A stretch of DNA of 64,000 nt from a virus (IMGVR_UViG_3300008110_000034:32001-96000); one strand, 5' to 3'; shown: positions 17,467 to 27,805, numbered from the stretch's first letter. The notes: generated by a model from the sequence alone, not told the origin. Translations and numbers: made by a program.

Positions 17467-17858
17467 TAGCCAAGGAAACATACACAAAAATTTTTCTTAA
17501 ACAAAAAGAAAAATCTTGTGATCCTGCTAACATAAAAATTCATATGTTCAAATGGTGGCAAAGTCACCGTTCAAAAAAAGAAGGCGGATTGAGATTATCC
17601 GATGAAGGATACGATTTCTTAACCAAAGAGCTAGAGTTAAGAAGTTACGAAGTTAAGTTCACTGAACCAATCGAACTAAGTCCCCAAACAATCATATTTT
17701 TTGATAGATATATTGATTGTCCTTATTATCTTACTAACAGTTATTTGGTTGTTTTTTCTGAAAAAAAAGCTTTTGAACTTTACATGTTTTCGGACGACAT
17801 TCGAAAATACGGATTGGTTAAAGCTATGAAAAACAGAGAAGAAGTCCAAAATGGCTAA
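17463..17858 (+). CDS. Hypothetical protein
   Basis: 131 aa; ATGA overlap. Confidence 0.7.
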   Translation: MIAKETYTKIFLKQKEKSCDPANIKIHMFKWWQSHRSKKEGGLRLSDEGYDFLTKELELRSYEVKFTEPIELSPQTIIFFDRYIDCPYYLTNSYLVVFSEKKAFELYMFSDDIRKYGLVKAMKNREEVQNG

Positions 17859-17865
17859 AAAGTAT

Positions 17866-17894
17866 TTGACAGTTGCCTAACTCTGTCATATAAT
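17866..17894 (+). promoter_or_regulatory. Consensus sigma70 (early) promoter
   Basis: TTGACA-17 nt-TATAAT upstream of the AAA ATPase gene. Confidence 0.85.
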
Positions 17895-17940
17895 ACTGAC
17901 TGTAACACAATTTAACCACAATTTTTTTAAAGGATAATAA

Positions 17941-19029
17941 ATGAGCGAAATCTCATCTCGACAAGTTGGACCCAATGCTGCTAAAAAAGGTTTGCGTAAA
18001 GCATTCAAGCACAAGCGTCCTGTATTCCTTTGGGGACCTCCGGGTATCGGTAAGTCGGACATTATTAAGCAGTTGGGCGTCGAGCTTGATGCTCATGTAA
18101 TTGATGTTCGTTTGAGCCTCTGGGAGCCGACTGACATCAAAGGTATTCCGTACTTTGATTCTAACAATAGTACAATGGCATGGGCTCCCCCATCTGAATT
18201 GCCCAGTAAAGCACTAGCATCAAAATATAAAAATGTCATTTTGTTCCTAGACGAAATGAATTCTGCGGCGCCCACAGTACAGGCTGCTGCCTATCAGTTG
18301 ATTCTTAATCGTCGTGTTGGCACATATGAATTGCCTGACAATGTTTTTCTAGTTGCCGCTGGTAACCGCGAAAGCGACAAGGGTGTTACTTATCGTATGC
18401 CTGCTCCATTGGCGAACCGTTTTGTTCACTTGGAAATGCGTGTAGACTGGGACGACTACTTTGGTTGGGCTACTGAAAATAAGATCAATAAGGATGTCGT
18501 TGGTTTCCTTTCTTTCAGCAAAAAAGATCTTTATGATTTTGATCCTAAGTCTGCTAGTCGTGCATTTGCTACTCCTCGTACTTGGAGTTTTGTAAGTGAA
18601 TTACTCGACGACGAAGACGGTGACGAGAACACTCTTACTGACTTGGTATCAGGTGCAGTGGGCGAAGGTCTTGCTATTAAATTTATGGCACATCGTAAAG
18701 TGGCTAGCAAGATGCCTAAGCCTGAAGATGTGTTAACTGGCAAGGTTAAAAAGATGGAATCAAAAGAGATTTCAGCTATGTACTCTTTGACTATTAGTTT
18801 GTGCTATGAACTCAAAGATGCATGTGATAAAAACGATAAGGATTGGAACAAAAAAGTTAACAATTTCTTTAACTTTATCATGAATAACTTTGAAACTGAA
18901 TTGGTTATTATGGGTACTAAGTTAGCACTTACACAGTATCAGCTGCCATTAGATCCAGACGAGATCGAATGTTTTGACGATTTCCATGCTAAATATGGCA
19001 AATATATTAGCCAAGCGACCGATCGATAA
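17941..19029 (+). CDS. MoxR-type AAA+ ATPase
   Basis: Walker A GPPGIGKS, Walker B LFLDEMN, sensor AAGNR and PAPLANRF. Confidence 0.9.
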   Translation: MSEISSRQVGPNAAKKGLRKAFKHKRPVFLWGPPGIGKSDIIKQLGVELDAHVIDVRLSLWEPTDIKGIPYFDSNNSTMAWAPPSELPSKALASKYKNVILFLDEMNSAAPTVQAAAYQLILNRRVGTYELPDNVFLVAAGNRESDKGVTYRMPAPLANRFVHLEMRVDWDDYFGWATENKINKDVVGFLSFSKKDLYDFDPKSASRAFATPRTWSFVSELLDDEDGDENTLTDLVSGAVGEGLAIKFMAHRKVASKMPKPEDVLTGKVKKMESKEISAMYSLTISLCYELKDACDKNDKDWNKKVNNFFNFIMNNFETELVIMGTKLALTQYQLPLDPDEIECFDDFHAKYGKYISQATDR

Positions 19030-19048
19030 TTGTTTGGTCCATTAAACA

Positions 19049-19077
19049 TTGACACCGCCTACGGGCGGTGTTATAAT
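19049..19077 (+). promoter_or_regulatory. Consensus extended -10 sigma70 promoter whose spacer is an inverted repeat
   Basis: TTGACA-17 nt-TATAAT preceded by TGn; ACACCGCC-TACG-GGCGGTGT at 19052-19071. Confidence 0.85.
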
Positions 19078-19105
19078 ATGTACATACTAACAGTTAAGGA
19101 AAAAT

Positions 19106-20287
19106 ATGTATAATACTGATCCAATCGTTGATAAAATTGTTGTAGCTCGAGTTGGTCTCCTGCTACGTCATCCGTTTTTTGGTAACATGGCTACTCGTCT
19201 ACAAATTAAAGAAGCAGACGATTGGTGTCCTACTGCGGCTACTGACGGACGTCATTTATACTATAATACTAAATTTTTCGAAACTCTAAATATCAAACAA
19301 ATTGAATTTGTTGTTGCACACGAAATTCTACATAATGTGTTTGATCATATGAGTCGTGTCGAAGGCCGTGATCGATTCATTTGGAACGCGGCTGCTGACT
19401 ATTGTGTAAATGGTCAATTAGTTCGAGACAAGATCGGAGAAGTTCCGCCAGAAATTAAAATATTTCATGACTCCAAATATTACGGTTGGGGTGCAGAACA
19501 AGTGTATGATGAAATCTTTTCAAACATGGATGAAGAGCAACTTAAAGCTCTAGGTCAGTTACTTGACGAACACATTGACTGGAATAAAGATAACGGCGAC
19601 GGTAGGCCGTCATATTCAAAAGAAGAATTGAAAAAAATTCGTGACGAGATCAGAGATGCTACTATTCAAGCAGCTCAAGGTGCAGGCGCAGGTAATGTGC
19701 CATCGGGTGTAGAACGATTAATTAAAGAATTAACAGAACCTAAAATAAATTGGCGCACATTGCTACGTCAACAAATCCAAAGCACTATTAAAAACGATTA
19801 TACTTTTATGCGTCCAAATCGAAAAGGTTGGCACACTGGTGCTGTTTTACCAGGTATGCGATTTGACGAAACTATCGATATAGCTATTTCTTTAGATATG
19901 AGTGGATCCATTGGCGATGATCAAGCTAGAGATTTCCTTTCAGAAATTAAAGGAATTATGGAAGAGTACAAAGATTTTAAGTTAAAGATTTGGTGCTTTG
20001 ATACAAGTGTTTACAACGAGGCAGATTTTGACGGGTATAATGACGACATCGGAGGATACGAAGTCAAAGGTGGCGGTGGTACTGACTTTGATGCTAATTG
20101 GCATTATATGAAAGAAAACAATATTGAACCAAAGAAATTTATCATGTTTACTGATGGATATCCTTGGGGTAGTTGGGGTGACGAAAATTACTGCGATACT
20201 GTCTTTATTATTCACGGTAATGATAAAATTGTTCCGCCGTTTGGAACATATGCCTACTACGAAAATCCAAAATTTCAAGAATCATAA
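19106..20287 (+). CDS. Metallopeptidase-like plus VWA domain protein (DUF2201-like), MoxR partner
   Basis: PTAATDG and HEILH (HExxH); MIDAS DMSGS...GGGGTDF...FTDG. Confidence 0.85.
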   Translation: MYNTDPIVDKIVVARVGLLLRHPFFGNMATRLQIKEADDWCPTAATDGRHLYYNTKFFETLNIKQIEFVVAHEILHNVFDHMSRVEGRDRFIWNAAADYCVNGQLVRDKIGEVPPEIKIFHDSKYYGWGAEQVYDEIFSNMDEEQLKALGQLLDEHIDWNKDNGDGRPSYSKEELKKIRDEIRDATIQAAQGAGAGNVPSGVERLIKELTEPKINWRTLLRQQIQSTIKNDYTFMRPNRKGWHTGAVLPGMRFDETIDIAISLDMSGSIGDDQARDFLSEIKGIMEEYKDFKLKIWCFDTSVYNEADFDGYNDDIGGYEVKGGGGTDFDANWHYMKENNIEPKKFIMFTDGYPWGSWGDENYCDTVFIIHGNDKIVPPFGTYAYYENPKFQES

Positions 20288-20349
20288 TTTTGCTCATTTC
20301 TGTTCTATGAAACAAATTTTTATCATATATAGTGTATAAGGAGATTATT

Positions 20350-20604
20350 ATGGAACACGAAACACAAGAAAATCAAATTAATTTAACTGCACAGTCTGCC
20401 GAAGCTCAGTCCGAGGCAGGCTCTCAAAATGCTGCTGGTACCGAATTAAACATCAATGATCTGGCTGCAATGAAAATGATTGTTGACATTGCTAGTTCAA
20501 GAGGTGCATTTAAGCCTGCAGAAATGATGGCAGTTGGACAAACTTATAATAAACTTACTGCATTCTTAAATGCTGTATCTAAAGGAGCATCTAATGGATC
20601 TTAA
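20350..20604 (+). CDS. Hypothetical protein
   Basis: ATG 20350 with SD AGGAG. Confidence 0.7.
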   Translation: MEHETQENQINLTAQSAEAQSEAGSQNAAGTELNINDLAAMKMIVDIASSRGAFKPAEMMAVGQTYNKLTAFLNAVSKGASNGS

Positions 20605-21214
20605 ACACGTAGGTCGCGTTAAGGCTGATGCAAAAAAATGCTTAGTCGTTTTTCGAACACTGCCTGGTGACTCTAGTTATTGCCTTATAGTTCCTACAGA
20701 GTTATTATCAGACAGTCAACACGACGCGATTATTAGCTGCGTCGAAGGTAATACTGCACAAGCTTCCTTTGAGTTTGGCGAGGTATTAGCTAGGGTTCCA
20801 TTTTCAGATGGTAGAATGATGTTACCAGCTTTACATGCTGAAGGAAAGCTAGTTAGAATAGCTACTAAAGATATTGAAATGATTCCTAATCATACTACTG
20901 CTATTCAGCTGTCTGAGTTAAATCAAATGATTGCCGAGCAAAGAGGAACCACTGTAGATGAATTAGCTCTTAAATCGCCTAGTAAATCAGAAGGTCCAAA
21001 ATCTGAAACAGTAGATGTGGCTACTATTCAAGAAGTACCGAAAGTTTCTGAACCTGATTTAGTTACTCCTAATCCAAATGCAACACCAGAGGAGACTGCA
21101 AAACTATACAGAAGTCAAGCAGACAAACTAAGTAAGGAAGCTGCAAACTTAAGAAGACTGGCGGAAGATCTTGTCCCAACGAAAAAACCAGAGCGAAAAC
21201 AAATGGTTTCCTAA
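20594..21214 (+). CDS. Hypothetical protein
   Basis: ATG 20594 with SD AGGAG. Confidence 0.7.
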   Translation: MDLKHVGRVKADAKKCLVVFRTLPGDSSYCLIVPTELLSDSQHDAIISCVEGNTAQASFEFGEVLARVPFSDGRMMLPALHAEGKLVRIATKDIEMIPNHTTAIQLSELNQMIAEQRGTTVDELALKSPSKSEGPKSETVDVATIQEVPKVSEPDLVTPNPNATPEETAKLYRSQADKLSKEAANLRRLAEDLVPTKKPERKQMVS

Positions 21215-21509
21215 AGATATCAACGATACTTGGTCTGAAATTTTTGAAGAAATTGAATTTGATGCTATACCAATTGAATACATACATGCCATTGATGTTG
21301 TTTTCAAAAATAAAAAAGTTTGGTCAATAGAAGTAGAAAAAAAATTATCCTATACATCGTGGAGTGATTTTGAGAAGGAAGTTCGAGAAATGCTCGGATC
21401 TTATAAAGATGACATAGAACATGTTAATTTTAAACTCGACACAGAGAGACTTAGAGTAGACATTACAAACAGTACTAAAAAATTCTTCAAAAATAGAAAG
21501 TTAAAATGA
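21171..21509 (+). CDS. Hypothetical protein
   Basis: About 112 aa; ATGA overlap with thyX; start uncertain. Confidence 0.6.
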   Translation: MSQRKNQSENKWFPKDINDTWSEIFEEIEFDAIPIEYIHAIDVVFKNKKVWSIEVEKKLSYTSWSDFEKEVREMLGSYKDDIEHVNFKLDTERLRVDITNSTKKFFKNRKLK

Positions 21510-22174
21510 AAGTAAAGTTAATATCACATAGTACACCATCTCCTGAAATTCTTGCACAAGGGCTCGAAGATGCACAAGATCTTATAGCTTTTTGTGCAAG
21601 AGTAAGTAATCCAAGTAATCAGTTCAATACAGGAACCAGCGAAAAATTAATTAACTATCTAGTTAAACATAAACATTGGAGTCCGCTTGAAATGGTATCA
21701 GTGTGTTTAGAAATCGAAACAACACGAGACATTGCAAGGCAAATGCTACGACATCGTAGTTTTAGCTTTCAAGAATTTAGTCAACGCTACGCTGATCCAA
21801 CAAAGGACCTTAACTTTGTACATAGAGAGGCACGACTCCAGGATACTGCTAATCGACAGAACAGTATAGAAACCGACGATGACGACTTACAACAACAATG
21901 GCGTCGGTGGCAGAACAATGTTATTACTGAAGCACGTATGGCATATAATTGGGCTATTGAAAACGGTATAGCTAAAGAACAAGCTCGTGCTGTATTGCCG
22001 GAAGGGCTTATTGAAAGTCGTTTATATATGAACGGTACATTGCGTAGCTGGATACATTATATCGAACTTCGTTCCTCTAATGGAACACAAAAAGAACACA
22101 TGGAAATTGCTCGTGCATGTGCAGAAGTAATTTCTAAAGTAGTTCCTATGATCAATAATTTTATTACTGATTAA
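21506..22174 (+). CDS. thyX: Flavin-dependent thymidylate synthase
   Basis: KHKHWSPLE, signature RHRSFSFQEFSQRY, EQARAVLP and LRSWIHY. Confidence 0.95.
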   Translation: MKVKLISHSTPSPEILAQGLEDAQDLIAFCARVSNPSNQFNTGTSEKLINYLVKHKHWSPLEMVSVCLEIETTRDIARQMLRHRSFSFQEFSQRYADPTKDLNFVHREARLQDTANRQNSIETDDDDLQQQWRRWQNNVITEARMAYNWAIENGIAKEQARAVLPEGLIESRLYMNGTLRSWIHYIELRSSNGTQKEHMEIARACAEVISKVVPMINNFITD

Positions 22175-23282
22175 ACCATTCAGTAAGTTTTTCTTTAAGA
22201 TTTTTTCCGATCTGCTCTTGAACAATCTGTCTATGCTGATTGTTCTTTTTTAGCCTCTCGTTGAGATTAGTAACGGACATTATGGAATCTTTGTTCTTTA
22301 AAAGACGTTCTAGCTCTTCTGCTACCATTTTTATTCGATTACCCGGATTTGGTTCTAAATCGTAAGAATGATCTACAATATCATCAAAGACATCAAACCC
22401 GTGATCCCTAACAGCTTGCACATGCCCTTTAACTGTTACAAATAATGGTATCTGATAAGATTGAAAAGCAAAAAACGTTTTCTCTGTTAAAAATACTCTA
22501 TCACTAAAAATACCTCCACAGTAGTTAGTACATTTTGTTCCAGGTATAATAGAATCGTCATAAGTAGATTCTAAAACTACTTTTACTATTGAATCTATTG
22601 CTTCGGGCGGGTAAGTGACTACATACTGATTTCTTTTTACTATTCCGTCAGCATACATTGGAAACAAATGTGTGTATTCTGCAGGTATTAATTCTTTATA
22701 TAATTCGTCCCCGTAATCGTCTGAAACTCCAAAACTCACACACCCTAAATTTAAAAGGTCTCGTTTAACTAATTCTAAAGTAAATAATAATCTAAAATTT
22801 TTTGGATTTCTTGATAAAGAATTGTAAAAAGTTTTTCTTTGAGAAATAGGCGTTAGTGCTCGCACTACACTTGTTAGATCCAATACAGGATTAATAACAA
22901 AAGGATTTGTACCTATGTGAGGGTAACTTCCGTCTGTAGTATATCCTGCATCAACAACCATTATATCTTCAATATTTTTTCCTGTTATTTCTAAAATAAA
23001 GTCTACTATTTCTTTCCATCTGTAATTTGGTAACGCTTCATTTCTGACCATTAATAAAAGTTTAGGGTATTCTTTTAATTTCTTTATGCTATGGCCAACA
23101 ATAAAAAGTTTTATCCTGCCAAGGTTATCCCAATATTTTAAAGCTGCTACATCAAAATTAATTACGCCTATTTTACGTTTTCCTCTACCTTCTAGAAGAT
23201 GAACTATGTCTCTGTTTAACCATACCCAATCTTTATCTTTAACTCTCTCTTGTAGTACGTTTAAATGAGATTTACTTAGCAT
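22164..23282 (-). CDS. Glycosyltransferase-like protein (GT10/fucosyltransferase-like C-domain)
   Basis: SLSRNPKNFR...VVLES...FLTEKTF...GFDVFDDIVDHSYD resembles GT10-type C-domains. ATG 23282 with SD GGAG. Confidence 0.5.
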   Translation of the reverse strand: MLSKSHLNVLQERVKDKDWVWLNRDIVHLLEGRGKRKIGVINFDVAALKYWDNLGRIKLFIVGHSIKKLKEYPKLLLMVRNEALPNYRWKEIVDFILEITGKNIEDIMVVDAGYTTDGSYPHIGTNPFVINPVLDLTSVVRALTPISQRKTFYNSLSRNPKNFRLLFTLELVKRDLLNLGCVSFGVSDDYGDELYKELIPAEYTHLFPMYADGIVKRNQYVVTYPPEAIDSIVKVVLESTYDDSIIPGTKCTNYCGGIFSDRVFLTEKTFFAFQSYQIPLFVTVKGHVQAVRDHGFDVFDDIVDHSYDLEPNPGNRIKMVAEELERLLKNKDSIMSVTNLNERLKKNNQHRQIVQEQIGKNLKEKLTEWFNQ

Positions 23283-24432
23283 AAGTTTTATCTCCAGGAA
23301 ATAACGGTAGTTCAGTATTAGGTGCTCTTTTAGGAATTTTACTATCGGCACTACTTACACAACTTGGAGTAATACAAGGTTTAGGACTATCAAATAATCT
23401 AAAACCTGTTTCTATATTTCCCAATGGCACATCGTGACAGCTATAACTTCGTTTGATGCTTCCGTCTGGTTCGCGTATAATAATACCTCGATATCCACTA
23501 CTACATTCCCATCCTTCAAATTTGTTAAAATTAAAGGCATTAAATCGTTCGGCCTGATCCATGTACCACACCTTTTGTTCTTTATCTATAAATTCTACTT
23601 GAAAGTGTTGTGGGATATTTTGATTTTCTGCTTTATAAATTGGATCAGGCATCTTAACAAAAGTAGGAAATGGTCTTGAGACTAGTTTAGCAGTGGCAGC
23701 TTTAGCTTCAGTAAACGCCCGTTGAGGCATTCCGTTATGTAACTTTTCTAACATTTCAGAAGTATAACCATCTACTACCCGACTAGCAGTGGGATCGCTT
23801 TGAGGCTTTAATGTAACATTAATACCCCTATTATGAAAGTAAAGAGCGTTTTCATAATCTTTATCAAACCACTCTGGTACCATGACCATATTAATTGTAA
23901 CTTGTACATCATGGTCTTGACAAAGTTCTAATTTATCTCCAAATTCTTTTAGCTTCTCTTTAGTGTCAACATGTTCAGTGTGTAGACTAGCAGTTATACT
24001 TGCACGGTGGAATTTACTAACAGCAGGACAATATTCATCGTTAAACCATTTTACAGTTCTGCTCATATTAGTTGTCATATGAACACTGGTGTAATTTGTA
24101 TTTGGGGCATCATTATTCAAATGATTTAAAATATCTATGTACCCTGGATGAAAGGTTGGTTCGCCTCCACTAAGGCTAAAATGAAAACTATTAAATCCTC
24201 TTTCTCTAGCCTGTCGTTTAATTTCGTCTACAGTTTTAATACATAATTCTGTTGGTCTATGATCTTTTTTATCACTCCGTGCATAAGGCCAACAATAGCT
24301 ACAACGATAGTTACAATATCTGCCTAATAACCAACTTACTGTAAAAAGGTCTCTATATAACATATTTCGTTGTCCAACACGAACTATATTTTCAAACGGT
24401 ATTTTTTTAAAATCGTATTCTGATTTTTCCAT
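23272..24432 (-). CDS. Radical SAM protein with C-terminal twitch-like Cys domain
   Basis: CNYRCSYC, SLSGGEPT and TTN; C-terminal ECSSG...YSC...PCITPSC. Confidence 0.9.
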   Translation of the reverse strand: MEKSEYDFKKIPFENIVRVGQRNMLYRDLFTVSWLLGRYCNYRCSYCWPYARSDKKDHRPTELCIKTVDEIKRQARERGFNSFHFSLSGGEPTFHPGYIDILNHLNNDAPNTNYTSVHMTTNMSRTVKWFNDEYCPAVSKFHRASITASLHTEHVDTKEKLKEFGDKLELCQDHDVQVTINMVMVPEWFDKDYENALYFHNRGINVTLKPQSDPTASRVVDGYTSEMLEKLHNGMPQRAFTEAKAATAKLVSRPFPTFVKMPDPIYKAENQNIPQHFQVEFIDKEQKVWYMDQAERFNAFNFNKFEGWECSSGYRGIIIREPDGSIKRSYSCHDVPLGNIETGFRLFDSPKPCITPSCVSSADSKIPKRAPNTELPLFPGDKTYAK

Positions 24433-24433
24433 G

Positions 24434-24988
24434 TTAAACTTTCTGAATTGGGTCTATGCTTATTTCGTTTATATGAAATTCTTTAGGCTGTTCAATAACC
24501 CATTTTATGTAATTTGCTGCAAGACTAATATCCATACAAGTCCTAGTTGGATGTTTATGTTGTACATTAGATAAACTACCAAAACTTACTAAAGTGACTG
24601 TAGGACCTCCTTGCCATACACCGTTCATCGAAAGTGTATTACAATAATCTCTCAAAGCTTTTTTCTCTGCATTATATAACCATGCTCCGCCTTTTTTAAC
24701 TCGATCAGTTGTTGATCCTACACAAATTATTTTTAGATCTTTTTTGTTTTCTATGCAAGATTTATAAACTGCATCTAGTAGTACAGTTTGGTTAAATTTC
24801 CATAGTGCTGAACAATTTATAAAAATATCGTAATCTAAAACTTTTTTGGCTAGAGATAACTGTCCATCCGCTGAGGTTAAATCGTAGCCAGTTGTCCTTG
24901 ATACAAAAGTAGCGTCCGGATATATTTTAAATAGTTCAGAAGACAATCCAAAATTTTTATTTCCGGTTATTAGTATTTTGGAGCTCAC
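24434..24988 (-). CDS. Short-chain dehydrogenase/reductase
   Basis: ILITGNKNFGL, FINCSA, VGST and catalytic YNAEK (YxxxK). Confidence 0.8.
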   Translation of the reverse strand: MSSKILITGNKNFGLSSELFKIYPDATFVSRTTGYDLTSADGQLSLAKKVLDYDIFINCSALWKFNQTVLLDAVYKSCIENKKDLKIICVGSTTDRVKKGGAWLYNAEKKALRDYCNTLSMNGVWQGGPTVTLVSFGSLSNVQHKHPTRTCMDISLAANYIKWVIEQPKEFHINEISIDPIQKV

Positions 24989-25024
24989 ATCTTCCTCTTA
25001 TTTTTACTTTGAAATAGTAGCATA

Positions 25025-25034
25025 TAAATATTTA
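25025..25034. promoter_or_regulatory. Palindromic back-to-back late promoter (TAAATATTTA)
   Basis: TAAATA on both strands in the divergent gap; the + strand copy is a full T4-type TATAAATA at 25023-25030. Confidence 0.55.
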
Positions 25035-25070
25035 GCTAGTAAAAACTAGCCAACATAATTTGAAGAACCC

Positions 25071-26423
25071 ATGAGAAAACTAGTTAAAAATACATACATC
25101 ATATACATTGTTGATGATAACAAGGATTATAAAGACACCTTAGGTCAGGAAATTGGTTATAATCTTCTAGAAGCATCTGTAAGGCACGACATGCTTTACA
25201 AATACTTTTTATCTTACGACGATGCATTTAAAAGTTTACAAACAGAAACAGCTCCTAAAGTCATTTTTACAAGACCAGGAAACACATTTGATCCAATATG
25301 GTTAGCACAGTTAGTTTCTAAAAATCCAGAGTATTCTCTAATTGGACATCTTTTAGACAAAGGTGAAGAATACTACGAACTACACAATCAATGTTTTATA
25401 TTAGATGTTAAAGATTGGAAACAATCCGGATCTCCTATGTATAATTCTCCTGGAGAGCAAACATGTACAAATATCAGTAGGAGCGAGAACAATTTTCATG
25501 ATCACCACACTCCTTTATCAGTTGATAAAGGTGATGGAACAAAGACCTATAAAAAGATAAAGCCAGGCGGATTAATTATTAGTAAATTGTTAGAACACGG
25601 ATTTAAAATTAGGCCGTGGACTTCAGAAGAAAGAAAGCATAAGTTTTACCTATACGATGATCTAGTTTTAAAGTACGGATCTTATCTACGTATAGAATGT
25701 ACGTTTGACGACACTATCTTTAATTGTACAAATGAACCAATTGTAAAATTTGAACTCCCGCAAATTAAAAGAATTGTAACTCCCGCAAACGGACTACAAG
25801 CCTTACAGATTATTGACAAGTGCCCTAATGCTACTACTGTAGATTTTAGAGATATTAGTCAATCTGCAATCAATTTTACAAAAAATGTTTTAGACAATTA
25901 TATCGGAAAAGATTATGACCAACTATGTTTTTCTAGCGGGTACAATCTTCAAGTTAGCAATCAAGAGTCTATTAGAAAATCAGAACAAGAATTTTTAAAC
26001 GGGCTTGTAGAACCTTATTCCGAAATGCAGTTTAGATTACTAGAACTGAATTGTAACTATTTCAAAGAAAGCTTCTTTGAAATAGAAGATTTAATTAATA
26101 GGATGAATGGTAATACATTGTATGCGTTTAGCAATATTCTGTCTTATAGGAAAACAGCATACTTGTACAGTCAAATTCATTTTAATTTAATGTTAAAAAC
26201 ATTAGCTAGTGCAGAAAGACTAGCAAAAAATGATAGTTATTTTTTAGGAATGTTACCTACTAGCGAAGCATCGACAAGAGGATATGCGTTAATGCATGTT
26301 AAAGATGTTAGTTTAGATCCTGATACAGAATTCAACTTTCCTTGGAGACAAAAATTATATGAATACTACACTGAATATCTCGGAATTCTTCGAGAAAAGG
26401 AAAGAAGAAAATCATTATCATAA
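25071..26423 (+). CDS. Hypothetical protein, possibly with a Rossmann/SAM-binding-like C-half
   Basis: 450 aa. His/Asp-rich N-domain (GHLLD, ELHNQC, NFHDHHTP); IVTPANGL...VDFRDISQSA in the C-half. Confidence 0.6.
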   Translation: MRKLVKNTYIIYIVDDNKDYKDTLGQEIGYNLLEASVRHDMLYKYFLSYDDAFKSLQTETAPKVIFTRPGNTFDPIWLAQLVSKNPEYSLIGHLLDKGEEYYELHNQCFILDVKDWKQSGSPMYNSPGEQTCTNISRSENNFHDHHTPLSVDKGDGTKTYKKIKPGGLIISKLLEHGFKIRPWTSEERKHKFYLYDDLVLKYGSYLRIECTFDDTIFNCTNEPIVKFELPQIKRIVTPANGLQALQIIDKCPNATTVDFRDISQSAINFTKNVLDNYIGKDYDQLCFSSGYNLQVSNQESIRKSEQEFLNGLVEPYSEMQFRLLELNCNYFKESFFEIEDLINRMNGNTLYAFSNILSYRKTAYLYSQIHFNLMLKTLASAERLAKNDSYFLGMLPTSEASTRGYALMHVKDVSLDPDTEFNFPWRQKLYEYYTEYLGILREKERRKSLS

Positions 26424-27099
26424 TTTAACTGAGATACCAAAACATCTAAATTTAGATGCTCAGTTAAAATGGATTATTGAAGAATCAAACTTAAGAACTC
26501 TTAGATTAAATGTTGAGATTCCCCATGAACAGATGTATCAAGAAGCTGAAATTCTTCTTGACGAATTTTATTCTCATCGAGACGAAGGCGAAGATCACAG
26601 AGGGTGGAAAAGTCTTGTTATTCACGGACGAGGAAAACATATTACTCAAGGTGACGAACAATACGAAAATTTAAAAGATCTTCCCGACTATCATTGGACT
26701 GAGATAGCCGACAAATGTCCTATAACAACTATGTGGTTAAAAAGTTGTTGGCCTTTAGATAAATTTCTCAGGGTACGATTTATGCTTTTAGAACCAGATG
26801 GCTACATTATGCCTCATAGAGATAACAATAAAAGAAAGTTACAAGCAATTAATATAGCGTTAAATAATCCAGTTGGTTGCGAATTTGGTATGGAAAACTA
26901 CGGAGTTATACCATGGAAATCTGGAGATGTTAGATTAATAGATATAAGCACGAATCATGCTGTTTGGAACAATAGTAAAACTCCCAGAATACATATTATT
27001 GTACATGGATGGCCAGTTCAACAATATAAAGAGTACAGAAATTTAGTTATAGAAAGTTATAAAAAAACATATGAAGAATATATTGCATCTTGGAAGTAG
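26359..27099 (+). CDS. Aspartyl/asparaginyl beta-hydroxylase-like 2OG-Fe(II) dioxygenase
   Basis: RVRFMLLEPDGYIMPHRD (HxD) and HAVWNNSKTPRIHIIVH. Confidence 0.85.
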   Translation: MNTTLNISEFFEKRKEENHYHNLTEIPKHLNLDAQLKWIIEESNLRTLRLNVEIPHEQMYQEAEILLDEFYSHRDEGEDHRGWKSLVIHGRGKHITQGDEQYENLKDLPDYHWTEIADKCPITTMWLKSCWPLDKFLRVRFMLLEPDGYIMPHRDNNKRKLQAINIALNNPVGCEFGMENYGVIPWKSGDVRLIDISTNHAVWNNSKTPRIHIIVHGWPVQQYKEYRNLVIESYKKTYEEYIASWK

Positions 27100-27805
27100 T
27101 TGGAGTGAAGTAAATGGTGTACCTAATCATAGCTTACCATTTTTTGTAACAGAAGGCCTTATTAATCGAGGTATTGATGTAAACTATTATTCAACAGCTA
27201 TGGGCGGTTGTGGATTAGGTGTTCAATTTGAAATTTTATTAAACATTTTAAACGGTAAAGAAAAAATTGATTTTGTTTTATTTGAAGTAACTACATTTGA
27301 CAGATTTCATTGTCAACTATTAGACTCTGATATTGTATGGGAAAAAGAAGATAGTCATCCTAATATTGTACAATGTCGAAACTGGCTTATTAAAAACTAT
27401 ATTTTTTGGATGCCGCTGCATAAAGAAATTATTAATCAACATTGGCCTTATCTGTCGAATAAAGGAACATATTTAAAAATGGCCAAACTTTTAAATGCGG
27501 GCGACTTTAATTGGGAAAGTATTTTTTTAAGTAGAATAGTAACAATTAAAAATTTACTTAAAAAAAGAAATATTCCGTTTTTAATATATGCACACGATTC
27601 GAAACAAATGGTAGATAAAACTCGGATATCTCAATTAGTACTTAAAGAAATATACGACGAACTAGACTTTTGTGTTAACGAGTACATTGGTATTGAAACT
27701 TTTAAGAAATTTGCCATCGACAGAGGATTTCATATGTCGCCCAACGGTGACAGATATATAGCTGAAAATGTTTTAATACCAAAAATTATTGAAAAATTAA
27801 AATGA
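27071..27805 (+). CDS. SGNH/GDSL hydrolase-like protein (paralog 1)
   Basis: LHLGSSWS nucleophile block, AMGGCG and DRGFHMS. Confidence 0.65.
   Translation: MKNILHLGSSWSEVNGVPNHSLPFFVTEGLINRGIDVNYYSTAMGGCGLGVQFEILLNILNGKEKIDFVLFEVTTFDRFHCQLLDSDIVWEKEDSHPNIVQCRNWLIKNYIFWMPLHKEIINQHWPYLSNKGTYLKMAKLLNAGDFNWESIFLSRIVTIKNLLKKRNIPFLIYAHDSKQMVDKTRISQLVLKEIYDELDFCVNEYIGIETFKKFAIDRGFHMSPNGDRYIAENVLIPKIIEKLK

Noticed and set aside
19052-19077. Resemblance of GGCGGTGTTATAAT to lambda PR/OR sequences
   Set aside because: The match is short, the symmetry differs from the 17-bp lambda operator, and no CI/Cro-like gene is present. Probably coincidence.
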